Shown here piece after piece: positions 51,859 to 59,748 of a stretch of 64,000 bases of DNA. Within the stretch, counting starts at the first letter, position 1; each line of letters starts with the position of its first letter. Under the pieces are notes generated by a model, which was not told the origin of the DNA, ran no database searches, and was given only the letters and a program-made list of their open reading frames with translations. Source of the stretch: Hormiphora californensis (Eukaryota > Animalia > Ctenophora). The stretch spans positions 2,232,001 to 2,296,000 of the forward strand of contig CM035360.1 of the NCBI GenBank assembly GCA_020137815.1, given 5' to 3'. The position numbers and the translations under genes were made by a program.

Positions 51859-54800
51859 CTCACTCTCACTCTCTCTCACACACACACACTCTCAATCTCA
51901 CTCTCTCTCTCTCTTTCTCCTCTCCTCTCTCATTCTTCTCTCTGCTGTCTCCTTCTGTCCTCTCTCTCCACTCGGTGCCTCTCGCTCTCTCCTCTCTCTC
52001 TCTCGTCTCTCCTCTCTCTCTCTTCCTCTCTCTCTCTTACTCTCTGTTCTCTCCTCTTTTCCTCTCTCCTTCCCCTCTGTACCCTCTCTCTCTCTCTTTT
52101 CTTCCTCCCCCTCCTCTCAAGCCAATCATTGGCTGCCATAGAGGAAAAGATAGAGAGAGAGAGAGGAGAGAGAGGAGAGCAGTAGAGAGAAGAGGAGGAG
52201 AGAGAGAGAGAGAGTAAGAAAGAGAGAGAGAAGAGAGAGTGAGTTGAGTGTGATAGTTGTTAGCTTAATTGGGGGTTTTTTTTATGTTTTTTTTATTGGG
52301 GTTTTTATACCCGTCCCTTTGCTTTCTGCCTTTTCCTTTTTTTATTTTTTGCCGAGCGCGTGCGTCCTCCTCGGTGCATTGGCGTGCTAGCGGCCCCCCG
52401 TTGGGTTGCCGTGCGGCGCGCCGCTCTCGGTGTGTGTTGGTCGCGCGCGCGCGTTTGGTGTTTGTCGGCGGCGCGCGCGCGCCGCGCGCTCGCGAGGGCC
52501 CCGCGCTCGCGCGCGGGGGGGTGGCGGGTTTTTTGTTTGGTCACCCATCCAAGTACTAACCCGACCTAGCGGTTGTTTAACTTCGGAGATCAAAATGTTA
52601 CAGAACGGTCCTCCTAATTTTGGCCGTTTGGCCGATTTATACCACGACCGGGACCCAAATAAAAAAGTTCAACTCAAGAAGAAAAAAGTTCAACTCAAAA
52701 AAAGTTTTTCTAAAAAAATTTTTTTCTATTTTTGATTTATGATTTTATTTTTTGTTTTATTTTTATTTTTTTGTTTTTATTTTTGTTTTTATTTTTGTTT
52801 TTTCTAACTTTTTACTTTAAAGTTTTTTACTTTACTTTTACTTTTACTTTTTAGTATTTTTATTTCTTAAATTAAACTAAATTTTGTTTTTATTTCTGTT
52901 ATTCCGTATATTTTCAGTTGGCCGATTTATACCACCATATAGTACACAGTACACTGGCAAAAATCTTGTTTGTACCGGTCTCACCGACAAAGACCCTCGC
53001 TGGGGTATTGTTAGGCATCCATCGGGATCGGAAGTGGGTGGAAACTATGACGTGTGTATGGGGTAAATTAGATATCTAGATTACTTTCTTGGTAATGGGA
53101 GCTTAGTGTGTATGGGGTAAATTAGATATCTAGATTACTTTCTTGGTAATGGGAGCTTCTGTAGAAATCAGATGCACCATTCCAAATGGCAAATTTGATT
53201 TTATGTTTTAGAATTAAATGAATTTTATTTCAACGAGGGTTTAATTTAAACTACGAGGGTTTAATTTAGTGTGAACATGTCTGTCTGTGCCATTTCATGT
53301 CTGTCCAGTCCCCTTCTAAACCCCTACACCACGCAACCTCCCCTTACACCACGTCGTAGGAAGGCGTTAGACTCCCTTCCCTAACATTTACTATTCACTT
53401 ACTAATTTTATCACACTGTGGTTGAACACTCGACCACGATCCATCCTCCTGACAAGATAGTGTTGCACTTCCGATAAGGATGTGGTTGTTAGCACATTCG
53501 ATGGTTGTAGTGGTCCCTGTTGGTTGCGTAGTCCAGCTTCCTTGAGTTGATCCCTCAACAGTAAAGGCAGGACATTCTGAACGGAATGAGCAAGGTTTGA
53601 GGTTTATTTTGCACGGGACAAAATATGCTTGGCTACACATCTAAGTTCATCCCAAGCGCTGATGATGGTTGATCATGTGCACAGCTAGATGTCATCAGAG
53701 CTTAGGAACAAATATATGCTGCATGGACCGAAATGCTCTGTGCTCCGTGCAAGGTCCTTTGGTTGGTATCCTGTGCTTAGCCCCTACTAAACAAAACTCA
53801 GATAAGGGGGGAAATCTCAATTTGGTAATGCTCAATAATATTACAAATTATATGTCGAACCTTAGGATAAAATTTACCCTTTTTTTCAAAAAGTTTTTTG
53901 TTTCCTCTAGGCATATATTTCCCTTTCTTGGTAATCGTCCATCTGTCGGAGTTACACAAGACCCTTGTTTAACCCCAGTTTTTCTCAAACCCTTCACCTT
54001 ACCTTCAGGTTTGTAGAAATCAGATGCGCCGTCCCATTTAGAAAATTTGATCTGTTCCACAAAATCACCGCCCAGCTTTGCAACACAGTTGCTATCGGAA
54101 CTATCTGCGAACAGGTAGTTCAGCACCTCAACATTATTGCATGTGATGATGAGGGCGGTTATTGATTTAGAAACTGTCCAGATTTTCCCAGCCTCCTCCG
54201 GGGGTTGTACTGGCAGGTCTGTCCAAATGTTTGCTCCGGTAGTAGAACTGCAGTCTAATATTTTATATCGTATTGTGGAGGAATACCAAACAGCCACAAT
54301 ACCGATCCTAGTACCGTCCTTGTCGTACATATGCACATTGATCTCATCACTACTGTCAAGTGTAGAGTCCGTTTGTATCTGGAGAGGTGTTACCTCCAGG
54401 TCCCAGGTTATTAAGACATTGTGCTCTACAGCTTTCCAACCTGGAAGAATTTGACTTGTATCATGGATCTATACTAGTGGATCCTAATAATACTTAATTG
54501 TGTTTTAAAGTATAGTTTGGATGAGGCATGAGGTCACGTCATCCTACTGAGTCATCATCAAGACCAATAATTGGTCTCGATAATGAGCCCTTGATCACAA
54601 AAAACCATCAGATTATATCAATATTTATCAAAGTCTTAGCTAACCTGTTCCAGTAGTTCTTTGCCACAAAACAGCTGCCGAGATGAAAAATACCAGAATT
54701 TTACGCATCGGTATTCGGTACATTCGTTTCTCTAAGTTACAAGAACAAGAATTATTGCATTTATTCATAATGCGGTGTTCCCCTGCCACAAATGGGTGCA

Positions 54801-55625
54801 AAATTGATGACTGAGCTTCAAAACTGGATTTCCTGACGAATTTTGCGCTCAAAGAGCTTTTTTGGCTGACGGATGTTAGTTGCTATGGAAACCAAGGCAG
54901 TTGCTCAGGGGGCCTATTTTGGTTTTAAGTGCTTCTACTTTACCCTCATCTTATATCTTATATATCTTATTATATATCTATCTTATATATCATATTAAGT
55001 CGAGTCACTTGTAATAGTATGATAATTGTTTCATGCTTGGGAAACTTGCTACCAATTCATTGCATGGCTGTAGGGTACACAAGTAGAAAGTGCTATAAGT
55101 GAGTAATTGTGCGCCACAATGCGTGTTAATAATTTCCTTTGTTGCTTCAACGAATCGCTAGATGAAAGATTTATGAAGGAGCAGACGGTCGTTAGGCGTA
55201 TCGCGTGACAGGCACCTATTGATTGTTTAGCCCCAAACATTGCTGATTTCTAAACCCTGAATGATGTTTTTAGTACACAGAAGATTATCGGGGTGATTCG
55301 TGCAGGGAAAAACAGCAACACATCAACACAACTTCGGGAAATGAGAGATTTGCTCTACAAATGTTTGGTTCTGTTCAGTGATCATAGTATAAAAGGGAAT
55401 TGTGTATAGTGTTTCTCAATACCTCTCCCTCTAGAACGAATTGGGAAATGTTCAGCTCTGCCCCTAGTAAAGGCATTTGTACGCTAAACGAGCTATAGAG
55501 ATTGCTCGTTACTGTATACAATCCTTTTCTGTCCTCTCCCTCTCCCTCTCCCTCTCCCTCTCCCTCTCCCTCTCCCTCTCCCTCTCCCTCTCCCTCTCCC
55601 TCTCCCTCTCCCTCTCCCTCTCCCT

Positions 55626-55666
<41 letters not shown>

Positions 55667-55823
55667 ACTCTCTCTCTCAATACTGTCCTGCGCTTTGAGA
55701 ACACTCCTTGGGTTAAACTCCTACGTTATTGATCTCTCCATTATCCTATATGTTTCTCACTCGAGGGGATAAGCTAATGCTGATGGTGTTGTTAAAGCAA
55801 GTCACGCATAGTATTTTTCTATC

Positions 55824-55862
<39 letters not shown>

Positions 55863-56146
55863 TAATATTTTAAGTCTCTCCCTATCTCTCTCTCTTCTCT
55901 GTGTCTCTCAAACGCAAAGCTATGTGGTGTAGCATGCGCATCGGTCCGTATAATAATAAAAGGGATTAGTTTGGTGGGTTGTATGGACATTGGACATAAA
56001 AGGGATTAGTTTATACCTTTTGGAATGTGCTGCAGTCCCCTGCGTCCCTCTGTTCCATATTTCCATACCAAATATATACAGGATGTGTTTGTTGAGTGAG
56101 GGGTTACCAAGGATGGATAGGTCAATCGCCCAATCGGTCACGCAAA

Positions 56147-56190
<44 letters not shown>

Positions 56191-56567
56191 TCTCTCACTC
56201 TCACTCAATACTGAGAAGAGCTTTGTGATAGTCCTTTGTGGGCTTGCGTTGAAAAGGTCTTTAAATCATCTTTCCAACGCTTCCGGGTTCAGGAACTTGA
56301 TCTCGATTATCACGCACAAATATAATGCAGTGCGACCTCTTTGAATGCACGGCGGCCTGTCGATTAAATAAAAAAATTGGACTTTAGAATAACAGTCTTT
56401 CTATGATTAAACCCTCGCCCCCTACAGTAATCCTAGGGGATACGTGTGACAATACTGGTATAGAGGAGATATCACGTGATGCGGACGTGGTTGTTCATGA
56501 GGCAACACATCAGGATGAACTTGAAGAGAAGGCACTCATGTTTGGACACTCTACACCAAGTGAGTTT

Positions 56568-56599
<32 letters not shown>

Positions 56600-57065
56600 T
56601 ACTGGGTAATGGTTTTAATGACTAAGTCCCGTGTTGTTGAGTAACTCAACAAGTCCCGTGAGTACTGGGTATTAGTTTTGATGCCCATCCCGAGGTAGAT
56701 GAGTAAGTGATTTAAATTATTTAAACCTGTAACGCGATTATCTACTTCCTAATGTTCAAATTGTTTAAACCCTGATAGCGATTACGCACTGAACAGCAAC
56801 CAATCTATTTGTAGTACATCAGAGCTATGTTGTTTTACACACTGTTTACACACTCCGTCCTGCAGGTATGGCGGCGGAGTTTTGTCAGAAGATAAACGCC
56901 CGTTCTCTCATCCTGACGCACTTTTCACAGCGTTACCTTAACACACCGGGGGAGTGTAGGGAGGGTGAAGTGAGTGTGGAATATCTGGTGAAACAGGCAG
57001 AGAGATGTGGACTCAAAGTGACTGGTGCTACAGATCTTTCAAATCACATAATTAGGAAGTTGTAG
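5382..57065 (+). CDS. ELAC1: Ribonuclease Z short form (ELAC1-like), 3' exons: 5382-5477, 5600-5748, 56428-56559, 56866-57065
   Basis: Motifs LVHRLPCVGF, GVKPGPLYGRIKAG (exosite GP motif), ILGDT, HEATH, HSTP and LTHFSQRY. All GT-AG junctions are phase-compatible. The 5' exons are not seen in the window. Confidence 0.9.
6251..14836 (-). CDS. Nested gene A: secreted protein with signal peptide, two ~140-aa Trp-rich domains, a VWC-like Cys module, a linker and a sushi/CCP domain. Exons 14836-14758, 14445-14014, 13894-13475, 7228-6952, 6844-6696, 6432-6259
   Basis: Signal MHKIPMRKILVLLLSVAVLW; WDLE..LQIKTDS..PVQPP..CNEVEVL..ASDFY repeats; sushi C..C..C..GSWS..PQC. Exon phases are consistent; the final exon and stop are uncertain. 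Confidence 0.8.
7238..7518. mobile_element. hAT-like MITE
   Basis: CAG...CTG termini with imperfect TIR; 8-bp TSD TGAAAATG (7230-7237 and 7519-7526). Confidence 0.75.
7553..8002. mobile_element. 450-bp TTAA-TSD MITE, copy 2 (inverted relative to 1833-2282)
   Basis: Same TIRs and TTAA flanks as copy 1. Confidence 0.9.
8145..11823. mobile_element. 3.7-kb foldback element with internal inverted 32-bp minisatellite
   Basis: CAGGGTGTGAACTGC...GCAGTTCACACCCTG termini; 5-bp TSD AATAA; arms ~1.8 kb. Unit CTCCATCTCTCAGCTTCCCTACCTCCCATTTA flips orientation at ~9980-10000. Confidence 0.9.
11890..12501. mobile_element. MITE carrying a tRNA-like sequence
   Basis: TIR CCCAGTGCAAAGATT; 8-bp TSD TCGTCCTC (11882-11889 and 12502-12509). 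Confidence 0.8.
12228..12299 (+). pseudogene. tRNA-derived sequence with Pol III A and B boxes
   Basis: GTGGTCGAGTGGTTAAAGCG (A box) and GTTCGAGACCC (B box) at tRNA spacing; stems are imperfect. Confidence 0.7.
15055..15197. repeat. (CTCTCC)n microsatellite; paralogous tract at ~55533-55660
   Basis: Read directly from the sequence. Confidence 0.95.
15649..16332 (-). repeat. 3' LTR
   Basis: Matches 50707-51389 at a constant offset of 35058; TATA-like TATATAA near 16175; 10-bp GTTCTGA repeats; preceded on the minus strand by purine tract AAGGGGGGTGAGA (16333-16345). Confidence 0.9.
18732..19171. mobile_element. TA-TSD MITE (Tc1/mariner-like)
   Basis: TA|CTGTAAAACTAGA...TCTAGTTTTACAG|TA. Confidence 0.8.
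20286..21674 (-). pseudogene. Frameshifted LINE ORF2 C-terminus: RT thumb, RNase H and CCHC finger (I-group-like)
   Basis: YLGITLDKNLNY; AYTDGS; IHTDS; VKAHANIEGNERADQIAK; CELCGERENSKHKLLNC, spread over three frames. Confidence 0.85.
21899..23325 (-). mobile_element. 5'-truncated LINE (ORF2 C-terminus 22198-~23325, 3' UTR, (TAA)n tail)
   Basis: KVLGVYIDSNLNF; ILYAAPVW; CLECGQLPDSTFHKLFEC; (TTA)n on the + strand at ~21899-21919. Confidence 0.8.
23347..23419 (-). pseudogene. tRNA-derived sequence with A and B boxes and a downstream T-run
   Basis: Minus strand reads AGCTCCGTGGTCTAATGG...GTTCAAATCCCGG, then TTTTTT. Confidence 0.65.
23899..24105. repeat. 34-bp tandem repeat, about 6 copies
   Basis: Unit GTGCGAAATGTGATAAGTTCCCCTGTGCGGTGTC. 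Confidence 0.9.
26493..28992. mobile_element. pogo/Tigger-like MITE expanded by nested tandem dimers (298-bp unit x2, ~883-bp unit x2)
   Basis: TA|CAGTCGGACCCC...GGAACCGACTG|TA; units start at 26537/26835 and 27168/28051. Confidence 0.75.
29662..30346. mobile_element. TA-TSD MITE with TGGGGCAAA subrepeats
   Basis: GGTAAGCTGGGGCAAA...TTTGCCCCAGCTTACC termini. Confidence 0.75.
32187..33057 (-). pseudogene. Host-like spliced gene fragment inside the LTR element (exons 33057-32861, 32745-~32515, 32276-32187; further exon-like pieces down to ~29300)
   Basis: In-phase GT-AG junctions give a Pro/Gln/Met-rich peptide (MHDKTQAVK..AFTPTSVMIK..SPRHISSQLLMQELM); downstream pieces contain stops. Confidence 0.55.
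33672..33780. mobile_element. 109-bp hAT-like MITE (CAGGAACCGACCG family)
   Basis: TIR CAGGAACCGACCGAA; 8-bp TSD ATACACAT/ATACAAAT with one mismatch. Confidence 0.85.
34338..34970. mobile_element. MITE with (TTAGCTTTTT)n arrays and an internal B box
   Basis: TIR GGGGGGGGTCCAGCCCTAAAAAAAGCTAA; AGTTTT on both flanks; GGTTCGAATCCC at 34568-34579. Confidence 0.75.
35465..35890. repeat. ~36-bp degenerate tandem repeat
   Basis: Unit approx. AGGACCCAGGGATCGATGTGGAGGAGGTAGGAGTAA. Confidence 0.85.
35964..36380 (-). pseudogene. L2/CR1-group LINE ORF2 C-terminal fragment
   Basis: LQKVQNSATR..HFLPVKQRIEYKI..PPYM; GAFSIAAPKLWNQLP..FKTSLKTHLF; frameshifted. Confidence 0.8.
39019..40511. mobile_element. 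hAT-like non-autonomous element with (TTCGG)n subtermini and a central tRNA-like sequence
   Basis: TIR CAGGAAnCGACCGAA; 8-bp TSD GTATTAAT (39011-39018 and 40512-40519). Confidence 0.85.
39786..39861 (-). pseudogene. Full-length tRNA-like cloverleaf with non-canonical anticodon loop
   Basis: Acceptor GGTTTGG/TCAAACC; A box TAGCTTAGTGG; B box GGTTCAATTCC; anticodon loop CATGTCT lacks U33 and purine 37. Confidence 0.7.
41780..42600 (+). pseudogene. Highly decayed L2/CR1-like RT remnant
   Basis: YADES*LYIS (compare YADDTQLYIS) near 41807 and LKCNGVKT near 41931; boundaries uncertain. Confidence 0.45.
44584..46958. mobile_element. Foldback element (Academ-like termini) with a nested MITE in the left arm
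   Basis: TTA|TAGTCCAGG...CCTGGACTA|TTA; near-perfect long arms centred at ~46200. Confidence 0.8.
44888..45754. mobile_element. pogo/Tigger-like MITE
   Basis: TA|CAGTCGGACCCCGATTTA...TAAATCGGGGTCCGACTG|TA; absent from the opposite foldback arm. Confidence 0.85.
48457..49428 (-). CDS. Gag-like protein with two zinc knuckles; its 5' part is probably separated by the MITE at 49463-50299
   Basis: CYSCRKYGHFARDC (CX2CX4HX4C) and CRKCGGWHWMNEC; lies just downstream of the PBS; the FLTYL..W segment resembles the gag at 59749. Confidence 0.75.
   Translation of the reverse strand: MHLSSPSKDKIVISFLTYLSKGDKNKVRALNFLPEQTLDWESIKPAIISTLAPKTQRNKAEIENCAAKKGGEETAMIVDVLENARPFPEASCSKDLTDYQLTDIVLEGGHNILPTIEEEIALLLETPPIHSQEETNLPITTVEIDVTQNPPSQATTAQQPNASQENPKTQYKTFRCYSCRKYGHFARDCPAKRNSPQPPSLCRKCGGWHWMNECFSSSKRIQQYQQHQQKKNYRGANNMNNYRNNRYGGQGLNRPPLLPSPSNNNSWQRSKTGPNKLIKSTQPVDATQTQTTAASTRPIANANPDRDNTTLGKNQPNFNALKL
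49463..50299. mobile_element. pogo/Tigger-like MITE inserted in the gag region
   Basis: Same family as 44888-45754; TA TSD. Confidence 0.85.
50693..50704 (-). promoter_or_regulatory. Primer-binding site, tRNA-His-like
   Basis: TGGTGCTGTGAC lies 2 nt after the LTR end; one mismatch to TGGTGCCGTGAC, the complement of the eukaryotic tRNA-His 3' end. Confidence 0.7.
50707..51389 (-). repeat. 5' LTR (terminal base displaced to 52946 by a MITE insertion)
   Basis: Matches the 3' LTR; adjacent to the PBS. Confidence 0.9.
51740..51792 (+). promoter_or_regulatory. 5S rRNA-derived fragment (box A, IE, box C)
   Basis: GATCTCCGAAGTTAAACAAC..GGTTAGTACTTGGATGGGTGACC; lacks both 5S ends. Confidence 0.85.
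52539..52592 (-). promoter_or_regulatory. 5S rRNA-derived fragment, inverted copy
   Basis: Reverse complement of 51740-51792 with small changes. Confidence 0.85.
53395..54723 (-). CDS. Nested gene B, paralog of gene A (signal exon 54723-54645, domain exon 54440-54003, sushi exon 53576-53403)
   Basis: Same 79-nt signal exon and 174-nt sushi exon as gene A; phases consistent. A remnant of a further domain exon lies at ~53159-53200. Confidence 0.8.
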
Positions 57066-57362
57066 CGACGTAGCGTTTTAATGAGAAGTTTTCTGTTTTT
57101 TGCCTGGTTTTCTTTGTTACATTTATTTTAAGTTTTTAACAATCCATTATGAACGACTTATGATGGTACCCGCTTTTAAATCTAAAGTATGTTACATGTC
57201 ATGATTTTGGTTAAGGAGAGATTGATTGATTATTCAGTACTTATGAGGGGGGGTAATCATGGTGACAAATGGTGACATATGGTGACAAATGGTGATGGTG
57301 ACATGACCAAAATTTTGAGATGAGTCTAAGCTACCAACCCCTCAAAATTTCCAGCATTATAC

Positions 57363-58066
57363 CTTGTTTCCTGCAAAGAGGAGCTTCATGATTCCACACT
57401 CCGTCGCTATTACAGGTCCTCTCAGAGCTACCATCTCGCACGTGCTTCTTCTGACAGTTGATGGTCACTGTCTGTCCTGCATCTGTTTCGTACCAACTTC
57501 CTTGCACAGATCCGTCCACGGTAAATCCGAGGCACACTGATGGATGGAAATGAATAACTAACCACTATAATAATGGTGTATACAAATTTTGGATATATTG
57601 AGCAGTGATTGATAAAATTGCAGTTACAGTGGTAAATCATTACTTTATTAGTTCTGATTTCACCTGTTAGTTTTTTTGCAGCGAACAGCTGTGCATCATA
57701 AATGACGTATAGTCCTATTTTTGGTGATTTACACACAACATTACCTGTTGGCTTTGCTCGGTAGCTATCTGATGCGGTGTCATAGGAGGAAAACTTTATC
57801 TTCTCCACAACATCTCCTTCCCACTTTGATACACAGCTAGCCACACTACTATCACTGAACTTATAGTCCAGTACCTCCACCCCATTGCACTCTATGCTAA
57901 GGGTGGTGGCTGTCTTCCGAATTGTCCACGTCTTGTCCACTTCCCCTGGTGGCTTTACTGGGAAGTCAGCCCATGAGGCGGTGCAGTAGGTGATGTAGTA
58001 TGGGATAGGTGAGGTTAACAACAGACTCACTGTTCCAATATAACTCTCATCTGCAGTGTATATATG
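57363..58066 (-). pseudogene. Gene C, same family; domain exon (to 57745) is cut at its 5' end by a TE cluster; sushi exon 57536-57363
   Basis: PVKPPGEVDKTWTIRKT..CNGVEVL..DTASDSYR and a sushi exon; the N-terminal ~35 aa of the domain are missing at the junction. Confidence 0.7.
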
Positions 58067-58132
58067 ACACACACGGGAGGGAGGAGGGACGACGGCCCGT
58101 CGTCCCTCCTCCCTCCCGTGTGTGCAGTTGCA

Positions 58133-58784
58133 GGTAGGCGGTAAATGTTAACCAGATCTGTGAGAATTTAGCACGTTTTTGCCCATAACTCAGCCATTTA
58201 TTGACCAATTTGCAAAATCTTTGGCTCATTGGAAAGAGGGCCTTGAGATCTCTCAAATGAGCTCAAGAAAATGAAAATTGGCGCAAATTGCGCGGCGTGG
58301 TAGCGAAAACGCGCATTTTGCGCAATGACGCCGCGCATTTTGCGCCGATTTTAGTTTTATTGGGCTCATTTGAAAGAGCTCAATGTCCTCTTTCCAACGC
58401 GCCCAAGATTTTGCAAATTGGTGAAGAAATGACCGAGTTAGGGTCACCACACACCAAAGTTAAAATTAAAATTAAAATTTTGATTTTAAACCCGCACACA
58501 CCAGCGGCCGTTAAAATTTCTCTCCCCCATTCTAAAAGTAACAATCTCGCGCGCGATTTTAACGGCGTGTTAAAATTTTATCATCCAACGCGACCGTTAA
58601 AATCGTGCGTGAGATCGTTACTTTTAGAATGGGGAGATAAATTTTAACGGCCGCTGGTGTGTGCGGGTTTAAAATCAAAATTTTAATTTTAATTTTAACT
58701 TTGGTGTGTGGTGACCCTTATGGACAAACACGTGGTTTTGCACGTACGTTTTCTCTCAGATCTGGTTAACATTTACCGCCTACC
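58133..58784. mobile_element. MuDR/Merlin-like MITE with a nested Harbinger-like palindrome (58441-58717, TTA TSD)
   Basis: TIR GGTAGGCGGTAAATGTTAACCAGATCTG; 9-bp TSD GCAGTTGCA. Confidence 0.85.
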
Positions 58785-59748
58785 GCAGTTGCACTATGTG
58801 GTCAAAACGCGCATTTGTCCGATAGGAATCCTCCGTTTTGAGGGGTTTTGCGCGATTTTGTTAGGCGCTTTCAGGGAGCGTGCACGCTTGCGTGTGCTGT
58901 CAAACACCCTGGAAATTGTGTAGCAGTTGTAGGTAATCGTCTAAAGATCATTTTGCTACCCATAACTTGGCTGAAAGTGCGGCAGGTTTTGGACAGCACG
59001 GCATCAAAGTTCGTCCTATAGCCCAAAAACTGGCTTCTGTTCAAAGCGCAACCTAAATTTTGGTATCAAAAGAAAGCTAGGGGGCTAGATGCGGGGTCAC
59101 TGGATATGTGCCCCCTATGATAGTTAATAGTATGTTATAGATTCAGGGTTTTAGTTATCACTTGGAGTGATGTGATATATATAAAAACCCTGGTTGTATT
59201 TATGTGAATGGGCAAATTACCATGGCTCATATTAAGGTAGGGGATAGCACGCCCCATAATTGTAACAGTATGTTCGGACATGCTCCGAGTTTGGTAATTC
59301 GGTTAAGGACCACCGATAACGGTTTTTGCAGACTGTTCTGGCCCATGCAAATAACCTATATCAAGAAGAAGAATTGGAGAGATTATACGGAGCAAGTTTC
59401 CTTCACCGCACACCTGCACTGATAGTGATAAGCAGAGACAGCCTCTACGAAGAAGAAGAAGAAGAAGATAGTGATAAGCCGATAAGGGACCACGACGCCA
59501 AGTTGACGGAGTTGCAAGCCCCTGCTCACGTTTTGATAACGCCATTCTGCGACGTATAAATAGCGGCCAGGAGGAACCCGGAGTGTCTCAGAATTACAAT
59601 ACAAAAATTACTTACCACTTTGGTATATCTTGTGTTTTGATAGTACCTTTCTAGAACAAAACCTGAGACCATCACCACTCACCCTCACTTCACACTATCT
59701 AATACACTCACACCACACTGGTATACTGTATAGTATTTAGTTGGAAGC

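Larger units (their letters stand above)
51390..52939. mobile_element. TIR element with ~405-bp arms, each ending in a 5S rRNA internal control region
   Basis: TIR TATGGTGGTATAAATCGGCC; 6-bp TSD TAGTAC (51384-51389 and 52940-52945). Confidence 0.85.
15649..52946 (-). mobile_element. Giant (37.3 kb) non-autonomous Ty3/gypsy-like LTR retrotransposon
   Basis: 684-bp LTRs (TGTA...TACA) at 15649-16332 and 50707-51389 plus base 52946; 4-bp TSD CAGT (15645-15648 and 52947-52950); PBS, PPT and CCHC gag all on the minus strand. Confidence 0.88.

Noticed and set aside
52330-52535. GC-rich ORFs or a CpG island in the centre of the 5S-armed element
   Set aside because: Low complexity and irregular; may be poor consensus within a hairpin. 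Not interpretable without reads.
51740-52592. True 5S rRNA genes
   Set aside because: Only ~53 nt of the internal region is present; both ends of 5S are missing.
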